The notes under the pieces: model-generated
Databases searched by the model: none
The model's input: only the letters and a program-made list of their open reading frames with translations
Told to the model about the DNA's origin: nothing
Position numbers and translations under genes: made by a program
Assembly: GCA_963666735.1 (NCBI GenBank)
Contig: OY762926.1
Coordinates: 3,552,001-3,616,000, forward strand
Direction: 5' to 3'
DNA: 64,000 bases
Source: Gemmatimonadota bacterium
Lineage (GTDB): Bacteria > Gemmatimonadota > Gemmatimonadetes > Palauibacterales > Palauibacteraceae
In this document: positions 8,224 to 18,616 of the stretch, one piece after another
Layout of the letters: each line of letters begins with the position of its first letter
Numbering within the stretch: the stretch's first letter is position 1

Positions 8224-10848
8224 ATGAGGGTCTTCCACCATCTTCGTTCCGCCCTGCCGTCGCTCTTGCTGGCGATCTCGGCCGCCACGGTGTCTCCGGT
8301 CGCGGCTCAGAACGCGTCCGATGAGACGCCGGGGCTCGACATCCCGCAGGGGTACATCCTGCCCGATGCGACGGTGCGGGACCTCTTCGCGACCGACCCG
8401 AACTACGCGACGCTGGACCAACTGAGTCCGGACGGCGATCACTTCGTCGTGCCGCGCTCCACGGAACTTTCGACGCTGGCCGAGGTGGGGGAAGAGACGC
8501 TGCGTCTGGGGATGCTGGAACTGCGGGCGCGCGCGGACCGCCCGTGGCACCTCGACATCTACGGCCTGTACGGCTTCCGCTTCTACTCGCTGAGCGAGCG
8601 CGCCTACATCGATGTGGACTTGCCGGACGGGATGTACGTGAGCGACCTCATGTGGTCGCCGGATGGATCGCGCCTCGCCTTCCTGGCGCACCTCGAGGAG
8701 CGCACGGAGGTGTGGATCGCGAACACGGGCGACGGGAGCGTGACGCCGGCGGGTGACGCTCGCGTCATCGCGACGATCGGGACGTCGTCGCGCGGCCAGG
8801 GATCGGCGCCCTCGCGCATGCTGCAGTGGACGCCCTCGGGCTCGATTCTCACGCTGGCGGCCCCGGCGGACCGCGGATCCCCGCCGCCGGCTCCGGCGCT
8901 GCCGCCGGGACCGACGATCCGTCACACGCGGGCGGAGGCGACGCCTACGCGCACGATGCCTTTCCTGCTCGAGGACGAGCACGGCGCGGACCTGTTCGAG
9001 TACTACACGCGCAGTCAGATTGTGGAGTTGACGCCCGGCGGGTCGCCGCGGCCGGTCGGCGAGCCGGGCATGTACGAGTCGCTGTCGGTGAGTCCCGACG
9101 GACGTCATGTGATGGCGACGCGCCTCGCGCGGCCGTTCTCCTACATTGCGAGTTACACGGGCTTCCCGCGCGTCACCGAGGTCATCGAGGTGGAGACCGG
9201 TGACGTGCTGGCCACGCTGGAGGAGCGCGAACTGCGGGAGAGCGGGCGTGGCGGCGGGCCGGGCGGAGGAGCGGGCAACGACCCGCGCGCCTGGACGTGG
9301 CGTCCGGACGGGAGCGGGATCTCCTATTTGCAGCGCGCGGAGGCCGAAGACGACGGGGCCGGGGACGACGGCGGGGACGGCGGAGAGGGGCAGGACGAAC
9401 GGCCCGACCGCATCATGCTGCTGCGCGCCCCGTTCGGCGACGGCGATGCGGAGGTCGTCGCGACGAGCGATGATCGGATCTCGGGCGTCACCTACTCCGC
9501 GGACGGCCGCCACGCCTTCGCCGACGTGCGGCGCGATGGCGATGCCGCGCTCGTGCACTACGGGCTGGGCGGGAGCGACCCGGAGGGGCACACTCTCGTC
9601 CCCTTCCACGATCCCGGCGACGCGCTCGAACTGCCGGGCGACCTCCTCACGGCCCGCACCGGGAACGGGATCGAGTACGCGTGGATGTCCTCCGGCGGGG
9701 CGAGCGCCCACCTGCGCGGCGACGGATGGAAGGAGGACTTCCGGCCGCAGCCCTTCGTCGACCGGGTGTCGATTCCCGAGGGGGCCACGGAGCGCCTGTT
9801 CGAGGGGTCGCGCGACAGCTTCGACCGGCCGCTGGTCCCGCTCGACGCCGACCTGGAGCGCATGGTCGTGAGCCGGGAGGGGAAGAACACGTTCCCGGAC
9901 AGCTACCTGTGGAGCCGCGGCGGCGGTATGGAGAACCTGACGCGGAACGTGGACCCGTTCCCGCAACTCACCGCCGCGCGCCGTATCGACTTCGAGTTCA
10001 CCCGCCGCGACGGGCTCGAAATACAGGGGCGGGTGTCGCTGCCGGTCGGCTACGTCGAAGGCACGCGGGTGCCCGCCATCTTCTGGACCTATCCCCGCGA
10101 ATACCGGAGCGAGGACGACTTCGACAACGCGACGATTCGCGCGCGGAACCACAACGCCCATACGCACCTCACCTGGCTGCGCTGGTCCGACATCTGGCTC
10201 ACGCAGGGATACGCGCTCGTCTATCCCGACATCCCGATCGTGGGCGAGAACTACAACGACTACTACATCTCGAACATGGTCGACGGGATGTACGCGGCGA
10301 TGCGCGCGGTCGACGCGCTCGGCGTCATCGACATGGACCGGATCGGGCACGGGGGGCACAGCTACGGCGCCTTCGCGACGGCGAACTTCCTCGCCCACAC
10401 GCCTTTCTTCAGGGCGGGGATCGCGGGGGACGGGGCCTACAACCGCTCGCTCACGCCGATGGGGTTCCAGGCCGAGCCGCGCGACATCTGGGAGGCGCCG
10501 CATATCTACATGGAGATGTCCCCGTTCTTCAAGGCGGACCAGATCAACACCCCGCTCCTCCTGTACCACGGAGCGGACGACAACAACTCCGGCACCTATC
10601 CCATCCAGTCGAGGCGGATGATCCAGGCGCTCACCGGGCTCGGGAAGACGGCGGCGCTGTTCGAATACCCGTTCGAGTCGCACACGCCGCGCGCGATCGA
10701 GAACAACCTCGACATGTGGGCGCGCTGGATCGACTGGTTCGACCGCTACGTGAAGGGCGCCGGGGCGGGGGACGCGCGCACGACGACCGACGGCGGTCGC
10801 GGGGGAGACGGCGGCGCTCCGATGGGCCCGGGCGAGACCGGGGAGTAG
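8224..10848 (+). CDS. Secreted S9 (prolyl oligopeptidase family) peptidase
   Basis: Signal peptide, propeller-like N-terminus, GGHSYGA nucleophile motif, LLLYHGADDNN Asp and ESH His. Confidence 0.88.
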   Translation: MRVFHHLRSALPSLLLAISAATVSPVAAQNASDETPGLDIPQGYILPDATVRDLFATDPNYATLDQLSPDGDHFVVPRSTELSTLAEVGEETLRLGMLELRARADRPWHLDIYGLYGFRFYSLSERAYIDVDLPDGMYVSDLMWSPDGSRLAFLAHLEERTEVWIANTGDGSVTPAGDARVIATIGTSSRGQGSAPSRMLQWTPSGSILTLAAPADRGSPPPAPALPPGPTIRHTRAEATPTRTMPFLLEDEHGADLFEYYTRSQIVELTPGGSPRPVGEPGMYESLSVSPDGRHVMATRLARPFSYIASYTGFPRVTEVIEVETGDVLATLEERELRESGRGGGPGGGAGNDPRAWTWRPDGSGISYLQRAEAEDDGAGDDGGDGGEGQDERPDRIMLLRAPFGDGDAEVVATSDDRISGVTYSADGRHAFADVRRDGDAALVHYGLGGSDPEGHTLVPFHDPGDALELPGDLLTARTGNGIEYAWMSSGGASAHLRGDGWKEDFRPQPFVDRVSIPEGATERLFEGSRDSFDRPLVPLDADLERMVVSREGKNTFPDSYLWSRGGGMENLTRNVDPFPQLTAARRIDFEFTRRDGLEIQGRVSLPVGYVEGTRVPAIFWTYPREYRSEDDFDNATIRARNHNAHTHLTWLRWSDIWLTQGYALVYPDIPIVGENYNDYYISNMVDGMYAAMRAVDALGVIDMDRIGHGGHSYGAFATANFLAHTPFFRAGIAGDGAYNRSLTPMGFQAEPRDIWEAPHIYMEMSPFFKADQINTPLLLYHGADDNNSGTYPIQSRRMIQALTGLGKTAALFEYPFESHTPRAIENNLDMWARWIDWFDRYVKGAGAGDARTTTDGGRGGDGGAPMGPGETGE

Positions 10849-10860
10849 GGGAGCAGCGCC

Positions 10861-11649
10861 GTGTGGGGAGCGATCATCGGAGACATCGTGGGCTCCGTGT
10901 ACGAGGGACGAGGGAAGAAGATCAAGACCAGGGACTTCGACTTCTTCAAGCCGTACTGCCGATACACGGACGACTCCGTGTGTACGGCCGCGGTCGCGGA
11001 GATTCTGCTGGATGACCGGCCCGCCGCATCGACGATGCAGCGATGGTGCAGGCGCCATCCGCGGCGTGGCTACGGAGGTTGGTTCGGACACTGGATCCAC
11101 GATGCGGACCCCCGGCCCTACTGGAGCTTCGGGAACGGGGCGGCCATGCGCGTGGCGCCCGCAGCGGTTGTGAACCGCGACCGCTCGACCGAAGAGGCGC
11201 TCGCGGACGCGGATCGGGTTACGGCCATCACGCACAATCATCCCGAGGGTTACCGGGGGGCGCAGGCGACGACGCGCGCCATCTGGCTCGCCCTCCAGGG
11301 CGGGGGTCCGGCCGAGATCCGTGCCAGGATCACGAAGGAGTTCGGATACGATCTCTCGCGGTCCGTGGACGAGATTCGTCCCGGTTACCGGTTCGACGTG
11401 ACATGCCAGGGAACGGTGCCGGAAGCGATCACCTGCGCGCTCGAATCGGAGAGCTTCGAAGACGCGGTGCGCAACGCGGTGTCCCTGGGCGGCGACTCCG
11501 ACACGCTCGCGGCCATCGCGGGGCCGGTCGCCGAGGCGATGCACGGCCTTCCGGAGGACATGATTGCGGAGGCGAAGACGCGGTATCTTTCCGAGGCGCC
11601 GGATATCGTCGACGTGATGGAGAGAATGCGGGAGGCGGCATGCGGGTGA
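10861..11649 (+). CDS. ADP-ribosylglycohydrolase (DraG-like) family protein
   Basis: GAIIGDIVGS, YTDDS, SFGNGAAMRV, SLGGDSDTLAAIAG motifs. Confidence 0.92.
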   Translation: MWGAIIGDIVGSVYEGRGKKIKTRDFDFFKPYCRYTDDSVCTAAVAEILLDDRPAASTMQRWCRRHPRRGYGGWFGHWIHDADPRPYWSFGNGAAMRVAPAAVVNRDRSTEEALADADRVTAITHNHPEGYRGAQATTRAIWLALQGGGPAEIRARITKEFGYDLSRSVDEIRPGYRFDVTCQGTVPEAITCALESESFEDAVRNAVSLGGDSDTLAAIAGPVAEAMHGLPEDMIAEAKTRYLSEAPDIVDVMERMREAACG

Positions 11650-12272
11650 AGCCGCTTCCGGCTGCGGCGCTGGGTCTTCTTGTCGGCGGCGTCGTGGGCG
11701 GCGCCGCCGGAACCGCACTGGGTGGCTTCGGCGGGTTCGGCCGCGGGAGTGCGGAAGGCGGCGGCGCGACTGCGGACATCCTCGCGGGGATGGCCGAGCG
11801 GCAGGACGAGCGTCTCGGACAACTCGCGCAGGCCGCGGATGAATCCTCGCAACTGCAGCGCGAACTCGCGCTCGCCCTCTTCTATCGCCTGCAGGAGTTC
11901 CGGCGCTTCGGGCTAGAGGGCCAGATCGTGACCTGGATCGTACCCGGTGCGTCGGCGGGCTCCGCCGACCCGCTCGGCGGCTCGCTGGCCGGAGCCTTGC
12001 GCCTGCCCCAGTTGGCCGCGGACGCGGCGACGCGGGCGGAGTGGCGCGCCGTCTCCGAACGTCTCGCCTCGATCGGGGCCGAGGTGGACCCCACCGTGTT
12101 CTCCGCTTTCGAGGACGTGCTGGAGTTCGTCGACGCGCGCCCGTGGCCCGAAAGTTCGGGGCTCGCGGCGGCGGCCGCCTCCGGCTGGACGGATCCCGCC
12201 ACGGTAGAGATGTGGCTGTCCCTGAACCGGGCCCTCGTCGGCCGCGCGGATGCCATCCTCTCCGGATTCTGA
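11646..12272 (+). CDS. Hypothetical protein with N-terminal Gly-rich membrane anchor
   Basis: GTG overlaps the upstream TGA (GTGA); hydrophobic ALGLLVGGVVGGAAG segment. Confidence 0.55.
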   Translation: MKPLPAAALGLLVGGVVGGAAGTALGGFGGFGRGSAEGGGATADILAGMAERQDERLGQLAQAADESSQLQRELALALFYRLQEFRRFGLEGQIVTWIVPGASAGSADPLGGSLAGALRLPQLAADAATRAEWRAVSERLASIGAEVDPTVFSAFEDVLEFVDARPWPESSGLAAAAASGWTDPATVEMWLSLNRALVGRADAILSGF

Positions 12273-15200
12273 CCGCCTCTTCCCGGCTCCGGTCGTCGCC
12301 TGCCTGCTTCTGGCCACCGCCGCCGCCTGCGGTCCGGCGGACTTCTCCGCGCCCGCGCAGCCCGACGCATGGACGGAGGTGGCGGGCGCCCGCTGGCGGC
12401 CCCTCGCGGTGGAGGGTGGCAACGCCGGGTTCTCGGCGGTACCGCCCTCCTGGTCCGGGGTCGACTTCGGCAACGTGCTCTCGGACGCGAGCTTCCTCGA
12501 GAACCAGATGCGCGGCAACGGCTCGGGGGTGGCGGCGGGCGACGTGAACGGGGACGGCCGGCCCGACATCTACCTGGCCCGCCTCGAGGGCCCGAACGCC
12601 CTCTACATCAACCTCGGGGACTGGCGGTTCCGTGAGACGGCCGCGGAGAGCGGGGTCGCGGCGGGGGACCGCTTCTCGACCGGCGCCGTCTTCGCGGACG
12701 TGGACGGAGACGGCGACCTCGACCTCCTGCTCACCTCCATCGAGGGCCCGAAGTCTCTCTTTCTCAACGACGGAGCGGGGCGGTTCGCGGAGGCACGGGC
12801 GGCCGGACTCCTGGACTCGCGCGGGGGGATGTCGAGCGCGCTGGCCGACATCGACGGAGACGGGGATCTCGACCTTTACCTGACGCGGTACAAGAGCCGC
12901 TCCGTGCTCGATCTCTTCCCCGGGGACGAGGTCGCCTTCCCCAACACGGTGCGGCGCGCGGATCAGGGGTTCGAGGTCGTGGGGCGCTTCGCCGACCACT
13001 ACGAGCTGGCGTGGCGGGCGGACGGTGTCGTGCGGCTCGAAAGGGGGGAGGCCGACGAACTCTATCTGAACGAGTTCAACGAAGGCGGCGGCGAAGACGG
13101 CGGCGGCTTCCGGCACGTCCCGTTCTCCTCCGATGCCTTCCTCGACGCCGACGGCACGCCGCTGGCGGCCGCCCCGGCCGAGTGGGGGCTGGCGGCCCGC
13201 TTCGGGGATCTGGACGGAGACGGGGATCCGGACCTCTACGTCGCGAACGACCTGCACAGCCCCGACCGGCTGTGGATCAACCGGGGGGACGGCACCTTCC
13301 GCCTTCCGCCGCCCCACGCGCTGCCCACGACGAGCGCCTCCTCCATGGCGGTGGACTTCTCGGACGTCGACCGGGACGGGGATGCGGATGTCTTCGTGCT
13401 CGACATGCTGGCCCGCGACTCGCGCGCGAGGAAGACGCAGGACCCGGTGTCGCGCGTGGAGCACACGCCGCCGGGCGAGGCCGCCGGGGCGCAGCAGGTG
13501 AACCGCAACACGCTGCTCGCGAACCGCGGGGACGGCACCTGGGCGGAGATCGGGCGCCAGGCGGGCGTCGAGGCGTCCGGGTGGTCGTGGTCCGCGCTCT
13601 TCCTCGACGCGGACCTGGACGGATTCGAGGATCTGCTCATCCCGAACGGCCACATCCGGGACCTCATGGACGCGGACACCCAGATCTCGATCCGGGAGGC
13701 GGGCCTCTCGGGCGAGCGCGAATCCACCCTACTGTACCGTCCTCTGCCGCTGCGCAACGTGGCCTTCCGAAACCTGGGCGGGACCGGCTTCGAGGAGGTG
13801 GGCCGGGCGTGGGGCGTGGCGCCGGAGCCGGACGTGTCGCACGGGGCGGCGCTGGCGGACTTCGACGGGGACGGAGACCTGGACGCGGTCGTGAACCGGC
13901 TCGACCGCCAGGCCCTGCTGCTGCGTAACGACGCCGCGGCCCCCCGGCTCGCCGTCCGCCTGCGGGGGGAGGCGCCGAACACGGCCGGGATCGGGGCGAT
14001 GGTGTGGCTGGAGGTCCCGGGACTCCCCCGCCAGACGAAGGAGGTCGCGGCGGGCGGCGGCTATCTCTCGGGTTCGGAGGCGCTCGTCTCGTTCGCGATG
14101 GGGGACGCCGCCGAGGCCACGCTCGGCGTGGACTGGCGCGGCGGAGCCCGGTCGGCGGTGCGGGTCGAGGGCGCGAACCGGCTGTACGAGGTGTTCGAGC
14201 CGGAGGCGTCCGGGCCGCAGGCGGCGGCCGACGGCGGTGCGGGGGCAGGCACGGGGGCGGCGGTCTCCGGCGCCGCACCCTCTCCGGACGCGGCGATGCA
14301 GCCGCCGTGGTTCGAACTCGACGAGGGCTTCGGGCCGATCCACGACGAGCCGCCCTTCGCCGAGGCGGCGCGGCAGCCGCTCCTCCCGCTGCGCCTGTCG
14401 CGGATGGGGCCCAGCGTCGCGTGGCACGATCTGGACGGCGACGGGGATCCCGACCTGCTCATGGGGTCGGGGGCGAACGCGGCGCCGGCGCTGTTCCGGA
14501 ACGACGGGGGGACGCTGGTCCGGGTGACGCTGGCGGGGCCGCGGGCACCCGTCGACCAGGTGGCGGTGATCCCGCTCCCGGCGGCGGACACCGTCAGGGT
14601 GCTGCTCGGGCTGTCGAGCTACGAAGCGCCGCCGGCCGAGGTGACGCAGGTGCCGGCGGTCGTGTCCGCCGAATGGCCGGGAGCCGCCATGACGGGTGTG
14701 GCGGTGACGCCGGTCAACCGCGGCGTCGCGCCGGGGGCATCGGGCGCGGTGGGCCCGCTGGCCGTCGCCGACTACGACCTCGACGGACGGCTCGATCTTT
14801 TCGCGGGCTCGCGGGTCGTGCCGGGCGGCTACCCGCTCGCAGGCCCCTCCCGGCTCTTCCGGGGCCGCCCGGGCGGCGGCTTCGAGGAGGACCGGCGGGA
14901 CGCGGCGGTCTTCGAGCGTCTCGGCATGGTGACCGGCTCCGTGTTCACGGACTACGACGCGGACGGCGACCCGGATCTCGCACTCTCCATCGACTGGGGC
15001 CCCGTCCGGCTGCTGCGGAACGACCGGGGGCGGTTCTCCGACGTGACGCGGGAGGTCGGCCTGTCCGGGCACGCCGGGCGCTGGAACGGCGTGTCCGCGG
15101 GCGACTTCGACGGGGACGGACGTCCGGACCTGGTGGCGGTGTCATGGGGAGACAACACCGAGTACCGCCCCGCAGACGGGGCCCCGCTCGAACTCCATTT

Positions 15201-16050
15201 CGGCGACGTGGACCGCAACGGCACCCTCGACCTCGTGGAAGCGCAGCGGGACGAGCGCCTCGGCGCGGCGGCGCCGCTGGCTTCGCTGGGTCGTCTCGCC
15301 GAACACATCCCTCTCGTCGACGAGCGCATGCCGACGCGAGCGGTTTACGCGGAAGCGGATCTGGAGGAGGCGCTGGGCTCCCGGCCGGAGGGACGGCTGG
15401 AGGCGACGGAACTCCGGCACATGGTGTTTCTGAACCGGGGCGACCGCTTCGAGGCGGCCCCGCTGCCGCGGGAGGCGCAGCAGGCTCCTTCGCTGGGACT
15501 CCTGGTGGCGGACGCGAACGGGGACGGTCGCGAGGACCTGTTCCTGTCCCAGAACTTCTTCGCCACCGACGAGGACACGCCGCGCTACGACGCGGGCCGC
15601 GGACTGTGGCTGGAGGGGGATGGACGCGGCGGGTTCCGTCCGGTGCCGGGGCAGGAGTCGGGCGTCGCCGCCTACGGCGACCAGCGCGGCGCCGCGGCCG
15701 CGGACATCGACGGCGACGGCCGCCTCGATTTCGTGCTCGGGATCAACGGCGGTCCGGCGCGCCTGTTTCGCGGGAGCGGAAGCTCGCCGGGCCTGCGGGT
15801 GCGCCTCGCGGGACCGGCCGGAAATCCCCACGGAATCGGGGCCGTCCTGCGCGTGGTGTACGCCGACGGCCTCGGCCCCGCGCGCGAAGTGAGGGCGGGG
15901 TCCGGGACGGGCTCCCACGACGATCCGGTGCAGATCCTGGGCCTCGCGGCCGGTCCCATGGCCGTCGAAGTCCGGTGGCCCGGCGGTTTTGTCGAGCGCA
16001 TCGAGGTCCCCCCGGGCGCCCGAGAAATCAGGATCGGTTCGCAGCGGTGA
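12250..16050 (+). CDS. FG-GAP/VCBS repeat, ASPIC/UnbV-domain lipoprotein (CRTAC1-like)
   Basis: Lipobox TAAAC; many GDVNGDGRPD / ADVDGDGDLDL repeats; ASPIC/UnbV-like segments (NTAGIGA..GGGYLS; NPHGIGA..EVRWPGG). Confidence 0.88.
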   Translation: MPSSPDSDRLFPAPVVACLLLATAAACGPADFSAPAQPDAWTEVAGARWRPLAVEGGNAGFSAVPPSWSGVDFGNVLSDASFLENQMRGNGSGVAAGDVNGDGRPDIYLARLEGPNALYINLGDWRFRETAAESGVAAGDRFSTGAVFADVDGDGDLDLLLTSIEGPKSLFLNDGAGRFAEARAAGLLDSRGGMSSALADIDGDGDLDLYLTRYKSRSVLDLFPGDEVAFPNTVRRADQGFEVVGRFADHYELAWRADGVVRLERGEADELYLNEFNEGGGEDGGGFRHVPFSSDAFLDADGTPLAAAPAEWGLAARFGDLDGDGDPDLYVANDLHSPDRLWINRGDGTFRLPPPHALPTTSASSMAVDFSDVDRDGDADVFVLDMLARDSRARKTQDPVSRVEHTPPGEAAGAQQVNRNTLLANRGDGTWAEIGRQAGVEASGWSWSALFLDADLDGFEDLLIPNGHIRDLMDADTQISIREAGLSGERESTLLYRPLPLRNVAFRNLGGTGFEEVGRAWGVAPEPDVSHGAALADFDGDGDLDAVVNRLDRQALLLRNDAAAPRLAVRLRGEAPNTAGIGAMVWLEVPGLPRQTKEVAAGGGYLSGSEALVSFAMGDAAEATLGVDWRGGARSAVRVEGANRLYEVFEPEASGPQAAADGGAGAGTGAAVSGAAPSPDAAMQPPWFELDEGFGPIHDEPPFAEAARQPLLPLRLSRMGPSVAWHDLDGDGDPDLLMGSGANAAPALFRNDGGTLVRVTLAGPRAPVDQVAVIPLPAADTVRVLLGLSSYEAPPAEVTQVPAVVSAEWPGAAMTGVAVTPVNRGVAPGASGAVGPLAVADYDLDGRLDLFAGSRVVPGGYPLAGPSRLFRGRPGGGFEEDRRDAAVFERLGMVTGSVFTDYDADGDPDLALSIDWGPVRLLRNDRGRFSDVTREVGLSGHAGRWNGVSAGDFDGDGRPDLVAVSWGDNTEYRPADGAPLELHFGDVDRNGTLDLVEAQRDERLGAAAPLASLGRLAEHIPLVDERMPTRAVYAEADLEEALGSRPEGRLEATELRHMVFLNRGDRFEAAPLPREAQQAPSLGLLVADANGDGREDLFLSQNFFATDEDTPRYDAGRGLWLEGDGRGGFRPVPGQESGVAAYGDQRGAAAADIDGDGRLDFVLGINGGPARLFRGSGSSPGLRVRLAGPAGNPHGIGAVLRVVYADGLGPAREVRAGSGTGSHDDPVQILGLAAGPMAVEVRWPGGFVERIEVPPGAREIRIGSQR

Positions 16051-16094
16051 GTCCGGGCCGCGCCGGCGTCAGCCTCTCGGGCCATATGTCCGAT

Positions 16095-17331
16095 TGTACA
16101 AGCACGGTAATCACCTGACACCCGGCTTCGCCGAGGTCAGCGCTTCAGGCTGCGGTCTTCACCTCCTTTTTGGTTGACTTCTTCGGGGTCCTGGGCTTCC
16201 GGATCCCCTTCTTGAACACCTGGTAGGGCGTCCGCCCCTTCATGCCGCGGCCGCGGTGGGGTCGGTTCCGGTTGTAGGTCTCGATGTAGGCGTCGAGATC
16301 CTCCTGCATCTCGCTGACCGACTCGTACCAGGTGGTGCGCCCCTTCACCCTCAGGTGCTCGTCCAGGAGCGTGCGGTGGAAGCGTTCGATGTACCCGTTC
16401 GACTGCGGCCGGCCCACCTGCGTCCTCCGGTGCTCGATCTCCTCGAGCTGGAGGAACAGCTCGTAGGGGTGCCGGTCCTCCCGGCCGCGGAACTCGCGCC
16501 CGTTGTCGCTCAGGACCGTCTCGACCTTCACTCCGTGTTCCTCGAAGAAGGGCAGTACGTGGTTGTTCAGGATCTGGACGGCGGTCACGGGCATCTTCGA
16601 GGTGTAGAGCCGGGCCCACACGTGGCGGCTGAAGCAGCCCGGCACCGTCTGGATGTAGACCTTGCCCACCCCCTTCAGCGTGCCCGCGAAGAAGGTGTCC
16701 ACGGCCACGAGTTCGCCCGTCTTCTTCACCTCGATGTGACGCTCCCGGTACTCGGGGTCGAAGCGCTCCAGCGCCAGGATCTGCTCCTCGGTGAGCTCGA
16801 AGTCGCTCTCACGGACTGTCTTCTCCAGCCTGAGCAGCCGCTCGTGCCTCGTCTTGAGGCCGCCCTCGGATCCACACCCCGCGAACGCCGCCCGAGCTCA
16901 CCTGCACGCCGCGGAGCATCAGTTCGTCGGCCACCCGCTGTGCCCCGTGCGTCGGGTGCGCCAGGGCGTGGGCCAGGATCGCCTCCTCCACCTCCGAGGC
17001 GACCCGGTTCGGGTGAGGGCCTCGAGCCCCCGGCATGCGGTCCAGGAGACCTTCGGCCCCGTACACCTGGAAGTTCCTTCGGATCTCGTAGAACTGCTGT
17101 CGGCTGTAGCCCACGATCCGGCACGCCTTGGAGACGTTGCCCAGTTCCTGAGCGAGTTCTAGCAGCGACAGCTTGCGCCGAGCTATCTTCTCGGCCTGGA
17201 CGGTGGTCATTCTTCTCTCCTCCGTGGTTGTCGAGTTGTTTAGAGCACTTCTCAACTAACCTCGTTGGAGGCCGGGTGGCCACCGTCCCTTTTTTCAGGA
17301 GCAGCTGTCAGGTGATTACCGTATCAGAACA
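16095..17331 (-). mobile_element. IS481-family insertion sequence
   Basis: 26-bp imperfect terminal inverted repeats with TGT..ACA ends: tgtacaagcacggtaatcacctgaca (16095-16120) and tgtcaggtgattaccgtatcagaaca (17306-17331), enclosing a DDE transposase. Confidence 0.9.
16145..17210 (-). pseudogene. IS481-family transposase, frameshifted near 16862
   Basis: N-part MTTVQAEKIARRKLSLLELAQELGNVSKACR (HTH) shifts frame after GGVRGVWIR into GLKTRHERLLRLE...VAVDTF...SDNGREF...NGYIERFHRT (DDE core). Confidence 0.88.
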
Positions 17332-18503
17332 TCCGGCATCGTCCGTTTCAGGTACTGGTCAAAGAGGGGGACGGTGAAGGCCGTGTCCCCGTGGGCGGGG
17401 CTGTAGATCATGCCTTTCCGGATGAGGTTCGAGCGAGTGGGTGCGACCGTCTGCACCAGGCGGTCGAGGACGCCTGCGATCTCCCCGGAGCGGTGGGGGC
17501 CCGGGCCAAGGTCGGCCATGGCGCGCAGGTAGCGCCTCTCGAACGGGGTCGTACGCTCGAAACGTACGCGGAAGAAGGTGCTGTCGAGCTCGCCGATAGC
17601 GAGGGGCGAAGCCGCCTCCACAACGGATCGCGTCACGGTCGGTCCATCGGCGACCGTCCAGCATGCGCTGCCCCACTCCTGGAGGAAGTATGGGTATCCC
17701 TCCGTCATGCGCAGGATTTCTTTGAGGGCGGCCGGGGAGTAGGTGACGCCGAGGCGGCTCGCCGGCGCCTCGAGCGCCTGCTTGGCCGCGTCGTGGGGGA
17801 GCGGACCGATCCGGGGGAACGAGAACATGCGCTCGGCATAGGATTTCGCGACGCCGATGTGGCCCACGAGTTGGGGCAGGCCGGATCCGATGAGCGCGAC
17901 CGGCAGCTGGCGCTGCGCGACCCGGTGCAGGGCCGTGATCAGGGCGCGGAGCTGCCTTTCTGGCACGTACTGCATCTCGTCGATGAAGAGGATGAGCACC
18001 GTCTTTCGGGCGCGCGCCGCCTCGCCCGCGATTTGAAACAGGGCGGTGAGGTCGGTGTCGAGGTCTCCGCTGTCCGCAACGCCTTCTTCCGCGTCCAGAT
18101 CGACGGAGAAGGTGATGTCCTCATAGCTGACCTTCATCGCGCGGACGAACCCGGCCAGCGACCTCCGCGCCTTCCGGGCCAGATCTCTTGCGGCGGCGCT
18201 TCGGCTGAGCTGCAAGAGGGTGGAGTTCAGCGGTCCCGCGAGCGCTGCGGGGAGGGATCGGTCCTCCGGCGCTTCGATCAACACAGACGCAAAACCGCGG
18301 GCTTCGGCATCGAGGAGGATCCGGTTTAGGAGAACCGTCTTTCCGACGCCTGGCAGACCGACCATGAGAAGACTCTTGGCCGCGAGGCCGCCGCGTAGCC
18401 GGTCGAGCGCGATCTCGGCGTCCTCGATCAGTGCGTCGCGGCCCACGAGTTCAGGTGGCGGCGTGCCTGCTCCAGGTGCGTACGGGTTCGTTCGTCGGTC
18501 CAT
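17316..18503 (-). CDS. AAA-family ATPase (AAA_16-like) with C-terminal wHTH; 3' end interrupted by IS481
   Basis: NPYAPGAG...LVGRD, Walker A GLPGVGKT, Walker B LFIDEMQ, GYPYFLQEWG; stop codon lies inside the IS inverted repeat. Confidence 0.88.
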   Translation of the reverse strand: MDRRTNPYAPGAGTPPPELVGRDALIEDAEIALDRLRGGLAAKSLLMVGLPGVGKTVLLNRILLDAEARGFASVLIEAPEDRSLPAALAGPLNSTLLQLSRSAAARDLARKARRSLAGFVRAMKVSYEDITFSVDLDAEEGVADSGDLDTDLTALFQIAGEAARARKTVLILFIDEMQYVPERQLRALITALHRVAQRQLPVALIGSGLPQLVGHIGVAKSYAERMFSFPRIGPLPHDAAKQALEAPASRLGVTYSPAALKEILRMTEGYPYFLQEWGSACWTVADGPTVTRSVVEAASPLAIGELDSTFFRVRFERTTPFERRYLRAMADLGPGPHRSGEIAGVLDRLVQTVAPTRSNLIRKGMIYSPAHGDTAFTVPLFDQYLKRTMPDVLIR

Positions 18504-18616
18504 TTATGCCAAAGTTACCTTAGTTTATCTCGACAAGCAACGATTATCTTCGATGTTCTTCGATGTTCGTCGTCGCTCGGGGTGTCGAGCGGCACACGGC
18601 GAGCGAGCCGTGCACC

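Noticed and set aside
8110..13653. 1847-aa minus-strand ORF (and similar long ORFs such as 34167-37427 and 54853-58722)
   Set aside because: Antisense shadows of real genes in high-GC DNA; Arg/Pro-rich with no motifs
16855..16875. Programmed frameshift in the IS481 transposase
   Set aside because: No slippery heptamer at the junction, and IS481 transposases are normally single ORFs
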